Shown in pieces: positions 1 through 9,005 of a stretch of DNA of 64,000 bases. Both the position numbers and the translations under genes were made by a program. The stretch comes from Pseudomonadota bacterium (GTDB lineage: Bacteria; Verrucomicrobiota; Verrucomicrobiia; Limisphaerales; SXTU01), in assembly GCA_009924135.1 (NCBI GenBank), contig RFSE01000004.1:12893-76892 (forward strand), in the 5' to 3' direction. A model generated the notes under the pieces. The model did not search any database and was not told the origin of the DNA. It worked only from the letters and a program-made list of their open reading frames with translations. Each line of letters starts with the position of its first letter. The stretch's first letter is position 1.

Positions 1-1
1 C

Positions 2-265
2 GGCATTCACATTCTCAACCGTTTCGCCGAGGAGAAAAATCCGTCCATCCTGGCCCGCAGCACCGGACTGGCCGTCCTCGTCTCGGGCCTGAACACCATG
101 GCGGGCTTTGGCAGCCTCATGCTGGGCAAGCATCAGGGCATCCAGAGCCTGGGCTACGTCATGTCCGTAGGCACGGCCACCTGCATGATCGCCTCGCTGA
201 CTTTCCTCCCGGCGGTGTTGGACCTGCTCCTGAAACTGGGCTGGCGAAAAGAAAAGGCCCAGTGA
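2..265 (+). CDS. MMPL/RND-superfamily membrane transporter, C-terminal fragment (5' end outside window)
   Basis: Frame is open from the window edge to TGA at 263-265. Translation ...STGLAVLVSGLNTMAGFGSLMLGKHQGIQSLGYVMSVGTATCMIASLTFLPAVLDLL... looks like the terminal TM helices of MMPL/HpnN-type exporters. Confidence 0.6.
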   Translation, partial: GIHILNRFAEEKNPSILARSTGLAVLVSGLNTMAGFGSLMLGKHQGIQSLGYVMSVGTATCMIASLTFLPAVLDLLLKLGWRKEKAQ

Positions 266-490
266 CGATAATGCACCATCGCCACTGGGCTGTGAGGAAC
301 TGAGTTCAAATCGAACCTCAATCAACTAACGATTTACATTAACCAAGGCAGTAACCAATGTCAAATACGCAGTTTTAATTGAAACGCATCAATCTGTAAC
401 GTTAATCTATAACCCCACTTCATCCGCCCACCACGTGGTTCCGGCGGGTAAACTTGACCTCGCGCCCGGTCCACTTACCATTACGAACGC

Positions 491-1957
491 GTGATTCATG
501 GCGTTGCCAATCTATTGAAGCTTATCCGGCTGGGCGTGCTCGCAGGCCTCCTCGTCGGAGCTGCTGGCCTCAGCCTCGCCGCTGAATGGTCTGCGGGACC
601 ATTTGCACACGAGTTCTCCCTGACACTGGAGGCCGGTACGCGGGAAGAGTGGCTGGGGCCACTTTATTATCACGAAGTCACCGCCGAGAAGACCACCACG
701 GCGTTCCCACCTTTCTTCTCGCACCTGCAGAATCCCGGCGTCGGGGCGGAAGAATACGATTTTCTGTACCCGCTGCTCACGTACGACCGTTACGGGGCCG
801 AGTACCGCTGGCAGTTGATGCAGCTCCTGAGTTTTTCCGGCGGCCAAACGCAGTCGGAAAAGAAATCGGACAAATTCAGTTTGTTCCCTTTCTATTTTCA
901 GCGACGCAGTGCTGATCCGACCCAAAACTACACCGCGTTGCTGCCGTTCTGGGGCACGGTCAAGGGCCATCTGATGCGGGATGAAATCGAGGTACGCCTG
1001 TTCCCCCTCTACGCCCGCACCGTAAAAAAAGACGTCGTCACGCGGAACTACCTCGCCCCGTTTTTTCACCTGCGCGAGGGCACCCAGCTGGAAGGCTGGC
1101 AGTTCTGGCCCGTCGTCGGACACGAGCACCGCAACTCGTTCACCAGCACGAACTACCTCGGACTCGAAAAACTGAACGCGGGTCACGACAAGCTGTTCAT
1201 CGCGTGGCCCTTCTTCTTCAATGAAAACACCGGAATCGGCACCACCAATGCCGTCCACGAACAGACGTTCATCCCGTTCTACAACCTCTACCGCTCCCCG
1301 CTGCGGGACTCCACCAGTTACCTCTGGCCCTTTTTTACGTACACCGACGACCGGGAAAAGAAGTACCACGAATGGGGCGCGCCCTGGCCCTTCATCGGTT
1401 TCGCCCGCGGCGAGGGCAAGTACATGAACCGCGTCTGGCCCTTCTACAGCCACGCCACCAACGCGACGCTCACGAGCGACTTTGTCCTCTGGCCGCTCTA
1501 CAAGTACAACCTTGCCAAGACCGAGGCCCTCGAACGCGAGCGGACCCGCTTCCTGTTGTTCCTGTACAGCGATCTCGTGGACAAAAACACGGTCACCGGT
1601 GAAACGGCGACCCGGACTGATTTCTGGCCCTGGTTCACCGCCCGGAAGGAATTGGATGGCCGCGAGCGGTTCCAGCTTCTCGCCCCGTTCGAGACCATCG
1701 TCCCCCGCAGCAAATCCATCGAACGCAACTGGTCGCCGATCTGGTCCCTCTTTCGCTACGAGAAGAATCCCCGCACCGGCGCGGAAAGCCATTCGCTGCT
1801 CTGGAATCTCCTGCGGCTCGACTCCAGTCCGACCAACTCGCACGCCTCCTTCTTCTTAGGTGTGGCCAAGTGCGACAGTGATGCCAACCACACGAAGTGG
1901 CGATGGTTTGACTGGAACAAGCCGGCCACGAACGCTGCGCCACCGACGGCGAAGTGA
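491..1957 (+). CDS. Secreted/envelope repeat protein of unknown function (about 18 aromatic-Pro-aromatic repeats)
   Basis: 488-aa ORF. An in-frame TTG at 515 would give the signal peptide MKLIRLGVLAGLLVGAAGLSLA/AEW. Motifs recur every about 20-28 aa: LFPFY, LLPFW, LFPLY, LAPFF, AWPFF, FIPFY, LWPFF, PWPFI, VWPFY, LWPLY, FWPWF. Confidence 0.7.
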   Translation: MIHGVANLLKLIRLGVLAGLLVGAAGLSLAAEWSAGPFAHEFSLTLEAGTREEWLGPLYYHEVTAEKTTTAFPPFFSHLQNPGVGAEEYDFLYPLLTYDRYGAEYRWQLMQLLSFSGGQTQSEKKSDKFSLFPFYFQRRSADPTQNYTALLPFWGTVKGHLMRDEIEVRLFPLYARTVKKDVVTRNYLAPFFHLREGTQLEGWQFWPVVGHEHRNSFTSTNYLGLEKLNAGHDKLFIAWPFFFNENTGIGTTNAVHEQTFIPFYNLYRSPLRDSTSYLWPFFTYTDDREKKYHEWGAPWPFIGFARGEGKYMNRVWPFYSHATNATLTSDFVLWPLYKYNLAKTEALERERTRFLLFLYSDLVDKNTVTGETATRTDFWPWFTARKELDGRERFQLLAPFETIVPRSKSIERNWSPIWSLFRYEKNPRTGAESHSLLWNLLRLDSSPTNSHASFFLGVAKCDSDANHTKWRWFDWNKPATNAAPPTAK

Positions 1958-1972
1958 GCGCGAATGATCGAA

Positions 1973-2064
1973 AGGGAGTAAGAGCAAGATTGAGAGAACG
2001 AGACCACGCGGCCGAGGCCTCTTCGTGCTCGTAATCTGTCACTTAATCCTAATCCTTCCCTCCC
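1973..2064. repeat. Imperfect long hairpin element with low-complexity arms (TAAG/GATT type), abutting the GT4 start codon
   Basis: Left arm is AGGGAGTAAGAGCAAGATTGAGAGAACGAG. Right arm is CTCGTAATCTGTCACTTAATCCTAATCCTTCCCTCCC. The GC-rich loop contains GGCCGAGGCC. The right arm resembles the arms at 17325-17420. Confidence 0.55.
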
Positions 2065-2065
2065 G

Positions 2066-3223
2066 ATGAAAGTGCTCTTCGTGTCGAATCTGTTTCCCGA
2101 TGCCACCGCGCCGGGACATGGACAGATCAACGCCACGGTGCTGCATCAGCTCGCCCGTCACTGCGAAATCCGCGTCATCGCTCCGCGTCCGCAACTGCCC
2201 TTCAAAAGCTGGCGTGCCCGCGCGCCGCGCGAGGAGGACCAGCTTTTCAAGCCGCAGTACGTGCGCACCTTCTATGTGCCGAAGCTGGGCGGCCCCTGGA
2301 ACCATCGCCTCATGGCGCGGGCGCTCCACGAGCCTATCCGACGAATGCGGGCCGAGTTCCCGTTCGACGTCGTCCTCGGGGCCTGGGTCTATCCGGATGC
2401 CTGCGCGTTAGATCTGTTGGATGCCGACTTGCAGGCCCCCGTCGTTGCCATCGCCCAGGGCACCGACGTCCACAGCTACCTGCACATGCCGTTGCGCCGG
2501 CACATCATCGTGCAGGCCCTCAGCCGCGCCGCCGCCACGATCACCCGCAGCCGGGATCTGGCCAACCGCCTCCACCAGGCGGGCGTGCCCTTCATGAAGC
2601 TGCGGCCGATTTACAACGGCGTGGACACCGCCATGTTCCGGCCCGGCGATGCCGCTGCCCTGCGCCGCGAATTGGACCTGCCCACCGACCGCCAGGTCAT
2701 CCTCTACGTCGGCAACTTCCTGCCGGTGAAGAATCCGCTCCTGCTCATCAGCGCCCATGCCCGCCTGTGCCCCGCCATCGGCAAGCCGTACGAACTGGTC
2801 ATGATCGGCACCGGCCCGCTGGCGGCCAAGGCCCGGAAGCTCGCCGACGCCGGCGGCTTCGGCGCAAATGTGCGGCTCGTGGGCCGCAAGTCACCGGCGG
2901 AAGTCGCCCGCTACATGCAGGCGGCCGACGTACTGTGCGTCCCCAGCAAGCAGGAAGGCGTGCCCAACGTCATCCTCGAAGGCTTCGCCTGCGGCCTGCG
3001 CACCGTCGCCACCCGGGTTGGCGGCATTCCCGAAGTACTCGACAAGGACTGCCTCGGCCAATTGGTGCCCAGCGCTGATGTGGACGCCCTCAGCCAAGCC
3101 CTCGGACAGACCTTGCGGGCCACTCCCGACCGCGACGCCATCCTCCGCCACGCGGCCAATTTCTCGTGGGCGCGCACCACGGAGCGTTACCTGTCCGTGC
3201 TGGAAGAAGTCCGGGCGCGGTGA
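2066..3223 (+). CDS. Glycosyltransferase family 4 (GT-B, GT1/GT4 type)
   Basis: 385 aa. The N-terminus MKVLFVSNLFPD and the C-terminal EGVPNVILEGFACGLRTVATRVGGIPEVL (E-x7-E-like donor-binding region) are typical of GT4. Confidence 0.85.
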   Translation: MKVLFVSNLFPDATAPGHGQINATVLHQLARHCEIRVIAPRPQLPFKSWRARAPREEDQLFKPQYVRTFYVPKLGGPWNHRLMARALHEPIRRMRAEFPFDVVLGAWVYPDACALDLLDADLQAPVVAIAQGTDVHSYLHMPLRRHIIVQALSRAAATITRSRDLANRLHQAGVPFMKLRPIYNGVDTAMFRPGDAAALRRELDLPTDRQVILYVGNFLPVKNPLLLISAHARLCPAIGKPYELVMIGTGPLAAKARKLADAGGFGANVRLVGRKSPAEVARYMQAADVLCVPSKQEGVPNVILEGFACGLRTVATRVGGIPEVLDKDCLGQLVPSADVDALSQALGQTLRATPDRDAILRHAANFSWARTTERYLSVLEEVRAR

Positions 3224-3380
3224 TCCCCGCCGAGAGCACCGCAGAGGCGGGACAGCCGCAGAGATTCACCGCACAAATTCCGCAGGCATCCTCCTGCTCC
3301 GCCGGCCCAAAACCTTTGGTATCTGGAGTGTCCATCATTGGTGGACACGCCCAGGCGGGCCGTCGAATCGTCGAATCGTC

Positions 3381-3475
3381 GGGCGCAGCTTGACACTGCC
3401 CCCGGAGCGCGGCTGTGTCCCGCTCGGAGCGGGATCAGCCGCAGCAACGTCGGAATGAGGAGCGGTGGCGTAACG
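3381..3475 (+). repeat. Solo half-copy of the MITE family found complete at 51699-51894
   Basis: CTTGACACTGCCCCCGGAGCGCGGCTGTGTCCCGCTCGG(A/C)GCGGGATCAGCCGCAGCAACG is shared with 51707-51767 with one mismatch over 61 nt. Similarity ends after GGCGTAACG. Confidence 0.75.
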
Positions 3476-3586
3476 TCGCTTGACGGATGATGGGCAGTCA
3501 CTAGACTCGCCCTCCCTGACCCGGATCAGTCTGGCGGTTCGCCAGCAAACCCCGGGCAGCAGTTCCGGGAAGGAAGTGAAATAGTT

Positions 3587-3784
3587 TTGACCGAGATTAA
3601 GCTCAAAAAGGGCGAGCCGGTAGAAAAAGCGCTGCGGCGGTTGAAAAAGAAAATCGACCGCGAAGGCACGCTTAAAGAAGTGCGCAACCATCGCCGCTTC
3701 GAGAAGCCGAGCGAAAAGAAGCGCCGTAAGCTCAAGGTGGCCAAGTTCACCGCGATGCTCCGCGCCCGTTACGCCGACATGTAA
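3587..3784 (+). CDS. rpsU: 30S ribosomal protein S21
   Basis: 65 aa: MTEIKLKKGEPVEKALRRLKKKIDREGTLKEVRNHRRFEKPSEKKRRKLKVAKF... matches the S21 pattern. TTG start is preceded by GGAAGGAAG. Confidence 0.9.
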   Translation: MTEIKLKKGEPVEKALRRLKKKIDREGTLKEVRNHRRFEKPSEKKRRKLKVAKFTAMLRARYADM

Positions 3785-3803
3785 TCCATGTCTCTTCCTC
3801 CCC

Positions 3804-3838
3804 GCCGGACGCAGGCCCAGCCTGCGTCCGGCTTTTTC
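3804..3838 (+). terminator. Rho-independent terminator after rpsU
   Basis: Perfect 12-bp stem GCCGGACGCAGG / CCTGCGTCCGGC, loop CCCAG, followed by TTTTT (3833-3837). Confidence 0.65.
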
Positions 3839-3926
3839 ATTTCCCCGGCCTGGCAAGGATTTCAGGTTTGAACAAATGGTTGGCCCCGGTGCCTAATGTC
3901 CACGACGCGCGGCGCACCAAACTGGC

Positions 3927-4874
3927 ATGTATTCACTCTCCACCTGCTGGAACTCCCATCGACACACGGACGGTCGCGCCATGCTGCAGGAGATCGCGGC
4001 GCTCGGCTTCGAGTACGCGGAACTGAGCCACGGCATCCGCGTGAGCCTGGTGCCGGGCATCCTCGCGGCGGTGGACGCCGGCGAAATCCGCATCTCCACG
4101 CTGCACAACTTCTGCCCGCTGCCCATGGGCGTGACGCACGCCGCGCCGAACATCTACCAGTTCACCAGTGAGGATGCCCGCGAACGGGAGAACGCGCTGA
4201 AGCAGACTTTTAAGACGCTGGATTTCGCCGTGCGCGTGAAGGCCCGGCTGGTGGTGCTGCACATGGGCAGCCTCACGGCGATGAAGCCCAAGGCCTTCCT
4301 CGGCCTGTTCGGGCCGGAGGATTTCACGGACACGATGCTGGACTTGATCGCGGCCAAGCAGAACGAGACGCCAAAATTCTACCAGCTCCTGGCCGGCGTG
4401 TTCGAACAGCACGATTTGCACAAGCCGGCCCCGATGGAGCGCACTGCCGCAGCCTTGAAGGAGATCGCGACCCGCGCGGCGGAACTCGGTTTGCAGCTCG
4501 GGGTCGAGAACCGCGAGGCACTGGAAGAGGTCCCGCTGGACAACGACATGGCCGAGTTCCTGGCTGGTTTCCCCTCGGCCACGGTGCGTTACTGGCACGA
4601 CACCGGGCACGCGCAGATCAAGGAACACCTGGGCTTCCTGCAACACACGACGCACCTCGGCGCGCTCGCGGACCGGTTGGGCGGCCTGCACATTCACGAC
4701 GTGGAGTTTCCCGGCAAGGATCACCGTGAGCCGGGCACGGGCACGGTTGATTTCGCGGCGTTGAAACCGTTTGTGAAGCCCGAGCACATCAAGGTCTTCG
4801 AGTTCAGCCCCGGCATGACCGTGGAGGCATTGAAACGCGGGGTGGCCCATGTGAAGCGGGTCTGGGGACAATGA
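3927..4874 (+). CDS. Sugar phosphate isomerase/epimerase (xylose-isomerase-like TIM barrel)
   Basis: 315 aa. LGFEYAELSHG, VVLHMG, LGVENRE and WHDTGHAQ motifs are typical of the AP-endonuclease-2/TIM-barrel family. Confidence 0.75.
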   Translation: MYSLSTCWNSHRHTDGRAMLQEIAALGFEYAELSHGIRVSLVPGILAAVDAGEIRISTLHNFCPLPMGVTHAAPNIYQFTSEDARERENALKQTFKTLDFAVRVKARLVVLHMGSLTAMKPKAFLGLFGPEDFTDTMLDLIAAKQNETPKFYQLLAGVFEQHDLHKPAPMERTAAALKEIATRAAELGLQLGVENREALEEVPLDNDMAEFLAGFPSATVRYWHDTGHAQIKEHLGFLQHTTHLGALADRLGGLHIHDVEFPGKDHREPGTGTVDFAALKPFVKPEHIKVFEFSPGMTVEALKRGVAHVKRVWGQ

Positions 4875-5974
4875 AGTCCTCGAAATCATGGCTCAAGCAG
4901 CTCGTACAACTCGCCGTGTGCGGCCTGTTGCTGGCGTGGATTTTCCAAACCATTTTCTGGAAGGAAGGGAAGGAAGCCTGGGAACGCGGGAAGCGCACCC
5001 CAGCGTGGGATAACTTGACCCGGCTTGAACGGCTGCAGGTTTCCTGGACCCACGGACCAAGGGAAGTCTGGCAGGACATGTCCCGCGTACGACCCGAGGC
5101 GTTCGCCCTTTCGCTGGGACTGATGGGCGCGACCATCTTCCTGGGCATTGTGCGCTGGCGGCAGGTCTTGCGGGTACATGGATTGGACTTGTCCCTCGCG
5201 CGGGCGACGGAGATTTCGCTGGTGGCGCACTTCTTCAACTCCTTCCTCCTCGGTGCGGCCGGCGGTGACCTGATGAAGGCTTATTACGCGGCCCGGGAAA
5301 CTCACCATAAGAAAGCCGAAGCGGTGGGCACGGTGTTTGTTGATCGCATCGTGGGATTGTTCGCCCTGCTCTGCTTCACCATGGTGGCCATGGTGGTGAA
5401 CCTCCCGTTGCTGGCGGCGGACCGCCTGTTTCAAAAGCTCGCAGTCGTGATCACGGCGATGTTCGGTGGCTGCGCCGTGGTGCTGGTGCTCGCCTTCCGG
5501 GGCGGCGTTTCCAGGGGGCTGCCACAAGCGCGCGAGTGGTTGCGCAAATTGCCGAAAGGAGATTTTCTCGAACGGCTGCGCGAGTCCCTGAAACCCTTTG
5601 GACGTGACCCGGCGTTCCTGCTGAAGAGCTTTGCCGTGTCGCTGCTGCTCTGTGGCGTCTGCGTGCTGCACGTGCAATCACTCGTCTGGGGGCTGGGGCT
5701 GGAGATTTCGTTGCGCCACCTCTGCGCCGTGGTGCCGATGATCACCTGCATCGTGGTCCTGCCGCTGACGCCGAGTGGACTGGGCGTACGGGAGAACCTG
5801 TTTGTGCTGATGCTGGCCGTGCCATTGATCGGAGTGGAACACACCTCGGCCCTGTCACTCTCGCTGCTGTGTACGGCTGGCAGCCTGTTCTGGAGCGTGG
5901 TCGGCGGCGTGGTGTACGCCAGTCTCAAACACCAGCATCACCTGGCCGAGCTGGCTCAGGAAGAAAAGGAATGA
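4871..5974 (+). CDS. Flippase-like / lysylphosphatidylglycerol-synthase-TM-region family membrane protein (UPF0104)
   Basis: 367 aa, polytopic. GAAGGDLMKAYYAARETHHKKAEAVGTVFVDRIVGL is the family signature. There is a 4-nt ATGA overlap with the upstream gene. Confidence 0.7.
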   Translation: MKSSKSWLKQLVQLAVCGLLLAWIFQTIFWKEGKEAWERGKRTPAWDNLTRLERLQVSWTHGPREVWQDMSRVRPEAFALSLGLMGATIFLGIVRWRQVLRVHGLDLSLARATEISLVAHFFNSFLLGAAGGDLMKAYYAARETHHKKAEAVGTVFVDRIVGLFALLCFTMVAMVVNLPLLAADRLFQKLAVVITAMFGGCAVVLVLAFRGGVSRGLPQAREWLRKLPKGDFLERLRESLKPFGRDPAFLLKSFAVSLLLCGVCVLHVQSLVWGLGLEISLRHLCAVVPMITCIVVLPLTPSGLGVRENLFVLMLAVPLIGVEHTSALSLSLLCTAGSLFWSVVGGVVYASLKHQHHLAELAQEEKE

Positions 5975-7389
5975 CCCGCTGGAACCGGCGCGTCCGCACC
6001 CAGCGACAAGGTTTCGCCGGTGTCGGAGGCCCGCGCCCAGGCGTCGGCCAGCAGGGTGAAAAAATAGAGCCTGATGGAAACAATCTCGAGCGGGAAATCC
6101 CAGCGGGCATGTAACAGAACTGCCACCATCGCTGCACAACCGCAGAACCCCAGCATCCACTGGGTGCTGTCGCGGAGCATCGGCAAACGGAAGTGATCGC
6201 GCAGCCCCAGCATCAATCCACCCAGAATCAGGATGATCCACCACATGGACCCGCTCCAGCCCCATTCGATCAGGTATTGGTAGTAGTCATTGTGCGCGTT
6301 CCCCCAGAAGCCGTACTTCTCATCGGACATACCAAACATCTCCATATAAGGCGGCAGGGCGGTCTGAAAGCAATCAGCCCCGTTACCGAGCATATCCGTA
6401 TCCTTCGCCAGTTGTTCATACGCTTGGGCAGGATAGCGTTGCTCAATATTTTTGGTGACCGTCTTAAGGCGGACCAGATTCAGCTTCCAATTGGCATTCA
6501 GTCCCAGGACCACCAGCACGGCAACCACCCCCAGCAAAAGCCCTCCCTGAATCAAGCCCAGCCGCCAGTCGAATTGCTCCCGGGCCGTGCGCCACCAGGC
6601 CCAGCCGTATCGCCCGCCCACGAACAGCGCCAGGATCACCGCCAGCAGCCACCCGGCCCGTGAGGTGTTGATAAAGATGCCCACCAAAAGCCCCAGCACA
6701 ACCACCATCCAGCCCGCCTGTCGCATCGAATGGCGCTTTTGGGAAGCGGCCACCGCCATGTACCCAAGCGCCAAGGCCCAGCCGATACCCATCAATGTCG
6801 CTGCATTGCCATGGTAAAGGTACGTGCAAAACGCGGCCTCAACCTTGATGGCCGGCATGATCCAAAACCACTCCCAGGCCGGCGGGCCAGCCAGCTTCAA
6901 TGCGGTTCCCACCACGGCCACGGCCAGTGCGGTCATCGCCATGGTGAACCACACTCGCTTGCGCCAGACCGGCCGCACCATCAAGTCACAGGCAAACAGG
7001 AACAGCACCAAAACTCCGGTGACGTGCAGCATTGAGTCATGCGACAAATCCCGGTCGAGCGCCCCCGGCCACGTCGGATACGATGGATTTGCCCAGACCC
7101 GCCCAAGGCGCGTCCACGTCACGTAGTAATAGGTGAAATGGGCGTTCCCTGCCATCCACCACCCTTGCAACAGCAGCAAGGTGACGGGCCCCACCACCAA
7201 CCAGGAAACCGTAGGCCAGCGCCGCCGCCAGAGGCAGGCAACCGCCCAGGCGATCGCCAGGACGGCGGCAAACTGGTTAAACGTGACAATGGACTCAGTC
7301 GCGGCGCAGCCGTAGCCCAGCGGCGCATAGGCCAAGATGCAAAGAAACACCCAGCGGGGCACGTCGGTGATGGCACGATCCAGAGTCAT
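5956..7389 (-). CDS. O-antigen ligase-like (Wzy_C) membrane protein
   Basis: 477 aa with more than 10 TM segments. The periplasmic loop GNAHNDYYQYLIEWGWSG is typical of the O-antigen ligase/polymerase family. Confidence 0.75.
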   Translation of the reverse strand: MTLDRAITDVPRWVFLCILAYAPLGYGCAATESIVTFNQFAAVLAIAWAVACLWRRRWPTVSWLVVGPVTLLLLQGWWMAGNAHFTYYYVTWTRLGRVWANPSYPTWPGALDRDLSHDSMLHVTGVLVLFLFACDLMVRPVWRKRVWFTMAMTALAVAVVGTALKLAGPPAWEWFWIMPAIKVEAAFCTYLYHGNAATLMGIGWALALGYMAVAASQKRHSMRQAGWMVVVLGLLVGIFINTSRAGWLLAVILALFVGGRYGWAWWRTAREQFDWRLGLIQGGLLLGVVAVLVVLGLNANWKLNLVRLKTVTKNIEQRYPAQAYEQLAKDTDMLGNGADCFQTALPPYMEMFGMSDEKYGFWGNAHNDYYQYLIEWGWSGSMWWIILILGGLMLGLRDHFRLPMLRDSTQWMLGFCGCAAMVAVLLHARWDFPLEIVSIRLYFFTLLADAWARASDTGETLSLGADAPVPAGHSFSS

Positions 7390-7446
7390 GCAGTCAACTA
7401 GGCTGGCATCGTCGGGCCGCCCCCGCGTTTGGCTTCGACACCCGGC

Positions 7447-8922
7447 TCAATGGATGGACAGTTCGCGTTGGATCCCAAATTTTTCAATGCGTTTGCGGAG
7501 CGTGGCCCGGGTAATGCCGAGTAACTTGGCCGCCTGCACCTGATTTCCCTGCGTTTCAGCGAGTGCACAAATGACCAGTTCACGTTCCACCGCCGGCAGC
7601 ACCTTCAGCTTCGAGCTGGCGCGCGCCCAAGTGAAGAGGGTGCGAGCCATGGAGGCCACGTCACCGGCCGGCTCTTTCACCGCCTCGCTGGTGGCGAGGA
7701 CGGGGGGGGGCCTCTGAGCAAAAGTGGAAGGAAGGACCGGAGAAATACGCTCGGTCACGAACCCGGCCGGCAGATCCGCCGGCATGATGGTCGCTGATTT
7801 TCCGACCACGAGCGACCGTTGGATTACATTCTCCAATTCGCGCACGTTACCCGGCCAGTGATGGCTCTCCAGCAAGGCAAGTGTCTCGGGATCGATGCTG
7901 CTGAGCGGCCGCGCCTGTGACCGGGCGAATTTGCGGAGAAAATAATCCACCAACAGACGGATGTCCTCGCGGCGTTGCCGCAAGGCCGGCAGTTCGATGC
8001 GGATGACATTCAGCCGGTAGAACAAATCTTCGCGGAAGGACTTGGCCGCCATGGCCTCCTCAAGCGGTTTGTTGGTGGCGGCGATGACCCGCACATCTAC
8101 CTTCACCGGCTGGTTGCCGCCCACCCGTTCAAAAGCACCGTTTTGCAGCACCCGTAAAAATTTTGTCTGCGTTGGCGGACTCATGTCGCCGATTTCGTCG
8201 AGAAACAGCGTGCCTCCGTTGCACTGCTCGAACTTGCCAATCCGCTGGGAAGTCGCACCGGTAAAGGCACCTTTTTCATGCCCGAACAATTCGCTCTCCA
8301 GCAGATTTTCCGGGATCGCCGCACAATTGATGGCCAGAAAAGGCTGCTCGGCCCGCCGCCCATGGGTGTAAATGGCCCGGGCCACCAGTTCTTTGCCCGT
8401 ACCGCTTTCCCCGGTGATCAACACCGTGGCATCCGTCGCAGCGGTCTGGCCGATCAATTTGAAAACCTCCTGCATTGCCGGGCTACGGCCCACGATGCCG
8501 AGATCATAATCCTCCGACTCCAGCAGGGGCTGACAGGCAACGGTTTGCCGCATGGCCCGGGTCGCCTTCAACGCGTCCGTGACGAGCTGCTTCAACTTGG
8601 GTACGTCGAACGGCTTGAGCAGGTAATCATAGGCCCCCAGCTTCATCGCCTCGATGGCGGTCTGCGTGGTCCCATAGGCGGTCATCATGATTACCGGCAG
8701 CCGGGCATCCGTTTGACGGAGCCGCCGGAGGGTCTCGAGACCGTTCATGCCCGTCCCCATGCGAATGTCCATGAGCACGAGCGACGGCTTCACCTTGGGG
8801 AGCAACCGCAACCCCTCCTCGCCACTGGAGGCCGAGTGAATTTCGATTTCCGACGAGTTGAACAGACGCCGGAACGAATATTGCACGTCCGCCTCGTCAT
8901 CAATGAGTAACAGCTTTTCCAT
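7447..8922 (-). CDS. Sigma-54-dependent response regulator (REC + AAA+ + Fis-type HTH; NtrC family)
   Basis: 491 aa. Contains a REC domain (LLIDDE...DIRMG), Walker A GESGTGKE, the GAFTGA loop, and C-terminal QAAKLLGITRATLRKRIEKF. No adjacent histidine kinase. Confidence 0.9.
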   Translation of the reverse strand: MEKLLLIDDEADVQYSFRRLFNSSEIEIHSASSGEEGLRLLPKVKPSLVLMDIRMGTGMNGLETLRRLRQTDARLPVIMMTAYGTTQTAIEAMKLGAYDYLLKPFDVPKLKQLVTDALKATRAMRQTVACQPLLESEDYDLGIVGRSPAMQEVFKLIGQTAATDATVLITGESGTGKELVARAIYTHGRRAEQPFLAINCAAIPENLLESELFGHEKGAFTGATSQRIGKFEQCNGGTLFLDEIGDMSPPTQTKFLRVLQNGAFERVGGNQPVKVDVRVIAATNKPLEEAMAAKSFREDLFYRLNVIRIELPALRQRREDIRLLVDYFLRKFARSQARPLSSIDPETLALLESHHWPGNVRELENVIQRSLVVGKSATIMPADLPAGFVTERISPVLPSTFAQRPPPVLATSEAVKEPAGDVASMARTLFTWARASSKLKVLPAVERELVICALAETQGNQVQAAKLLGITRATLRKRIEKFGIQRELSIH

Positions 8923-9005
8923 CCGGTAAGTTTTTCAGGGTGCACCTGTGCTGCCGCAGTGTGCGCAGCATCTCCCTTGCCCCAGCCGGTGTCAACCAGC
9001 GTCAA

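Noticed and set aside
300-330. tRNA T-arm-like sequence GAGTTCAAATCGAACCTCA
   Set aside because: A GTTCAAATC-like loop with a short stem is present, but I could find no acceptor stem, D-arm or anticodon arm around it. It is part of the AT-rich island.
512-1843. 443-aa minus-strand ORF antisense to the repeat-protein gene
   Set aside because: This is a shadow ORF typical of high-GC DNA. It has Arg/Gly/Ala/Pro/Val-rich composition and no motifs, while the opposite strand has a coherent signal peptide and repeat structure.
7702-7710. G9 tract in the sigma-54 regulator as a phase-variation switch
   Set aside because: The tract is in-frame here, encoding PPP in the linker before the HTH. A rough iid estimate predicts one or two such runs per 64 kb at this GC content. 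There is no evidence of variation from a single sequence.
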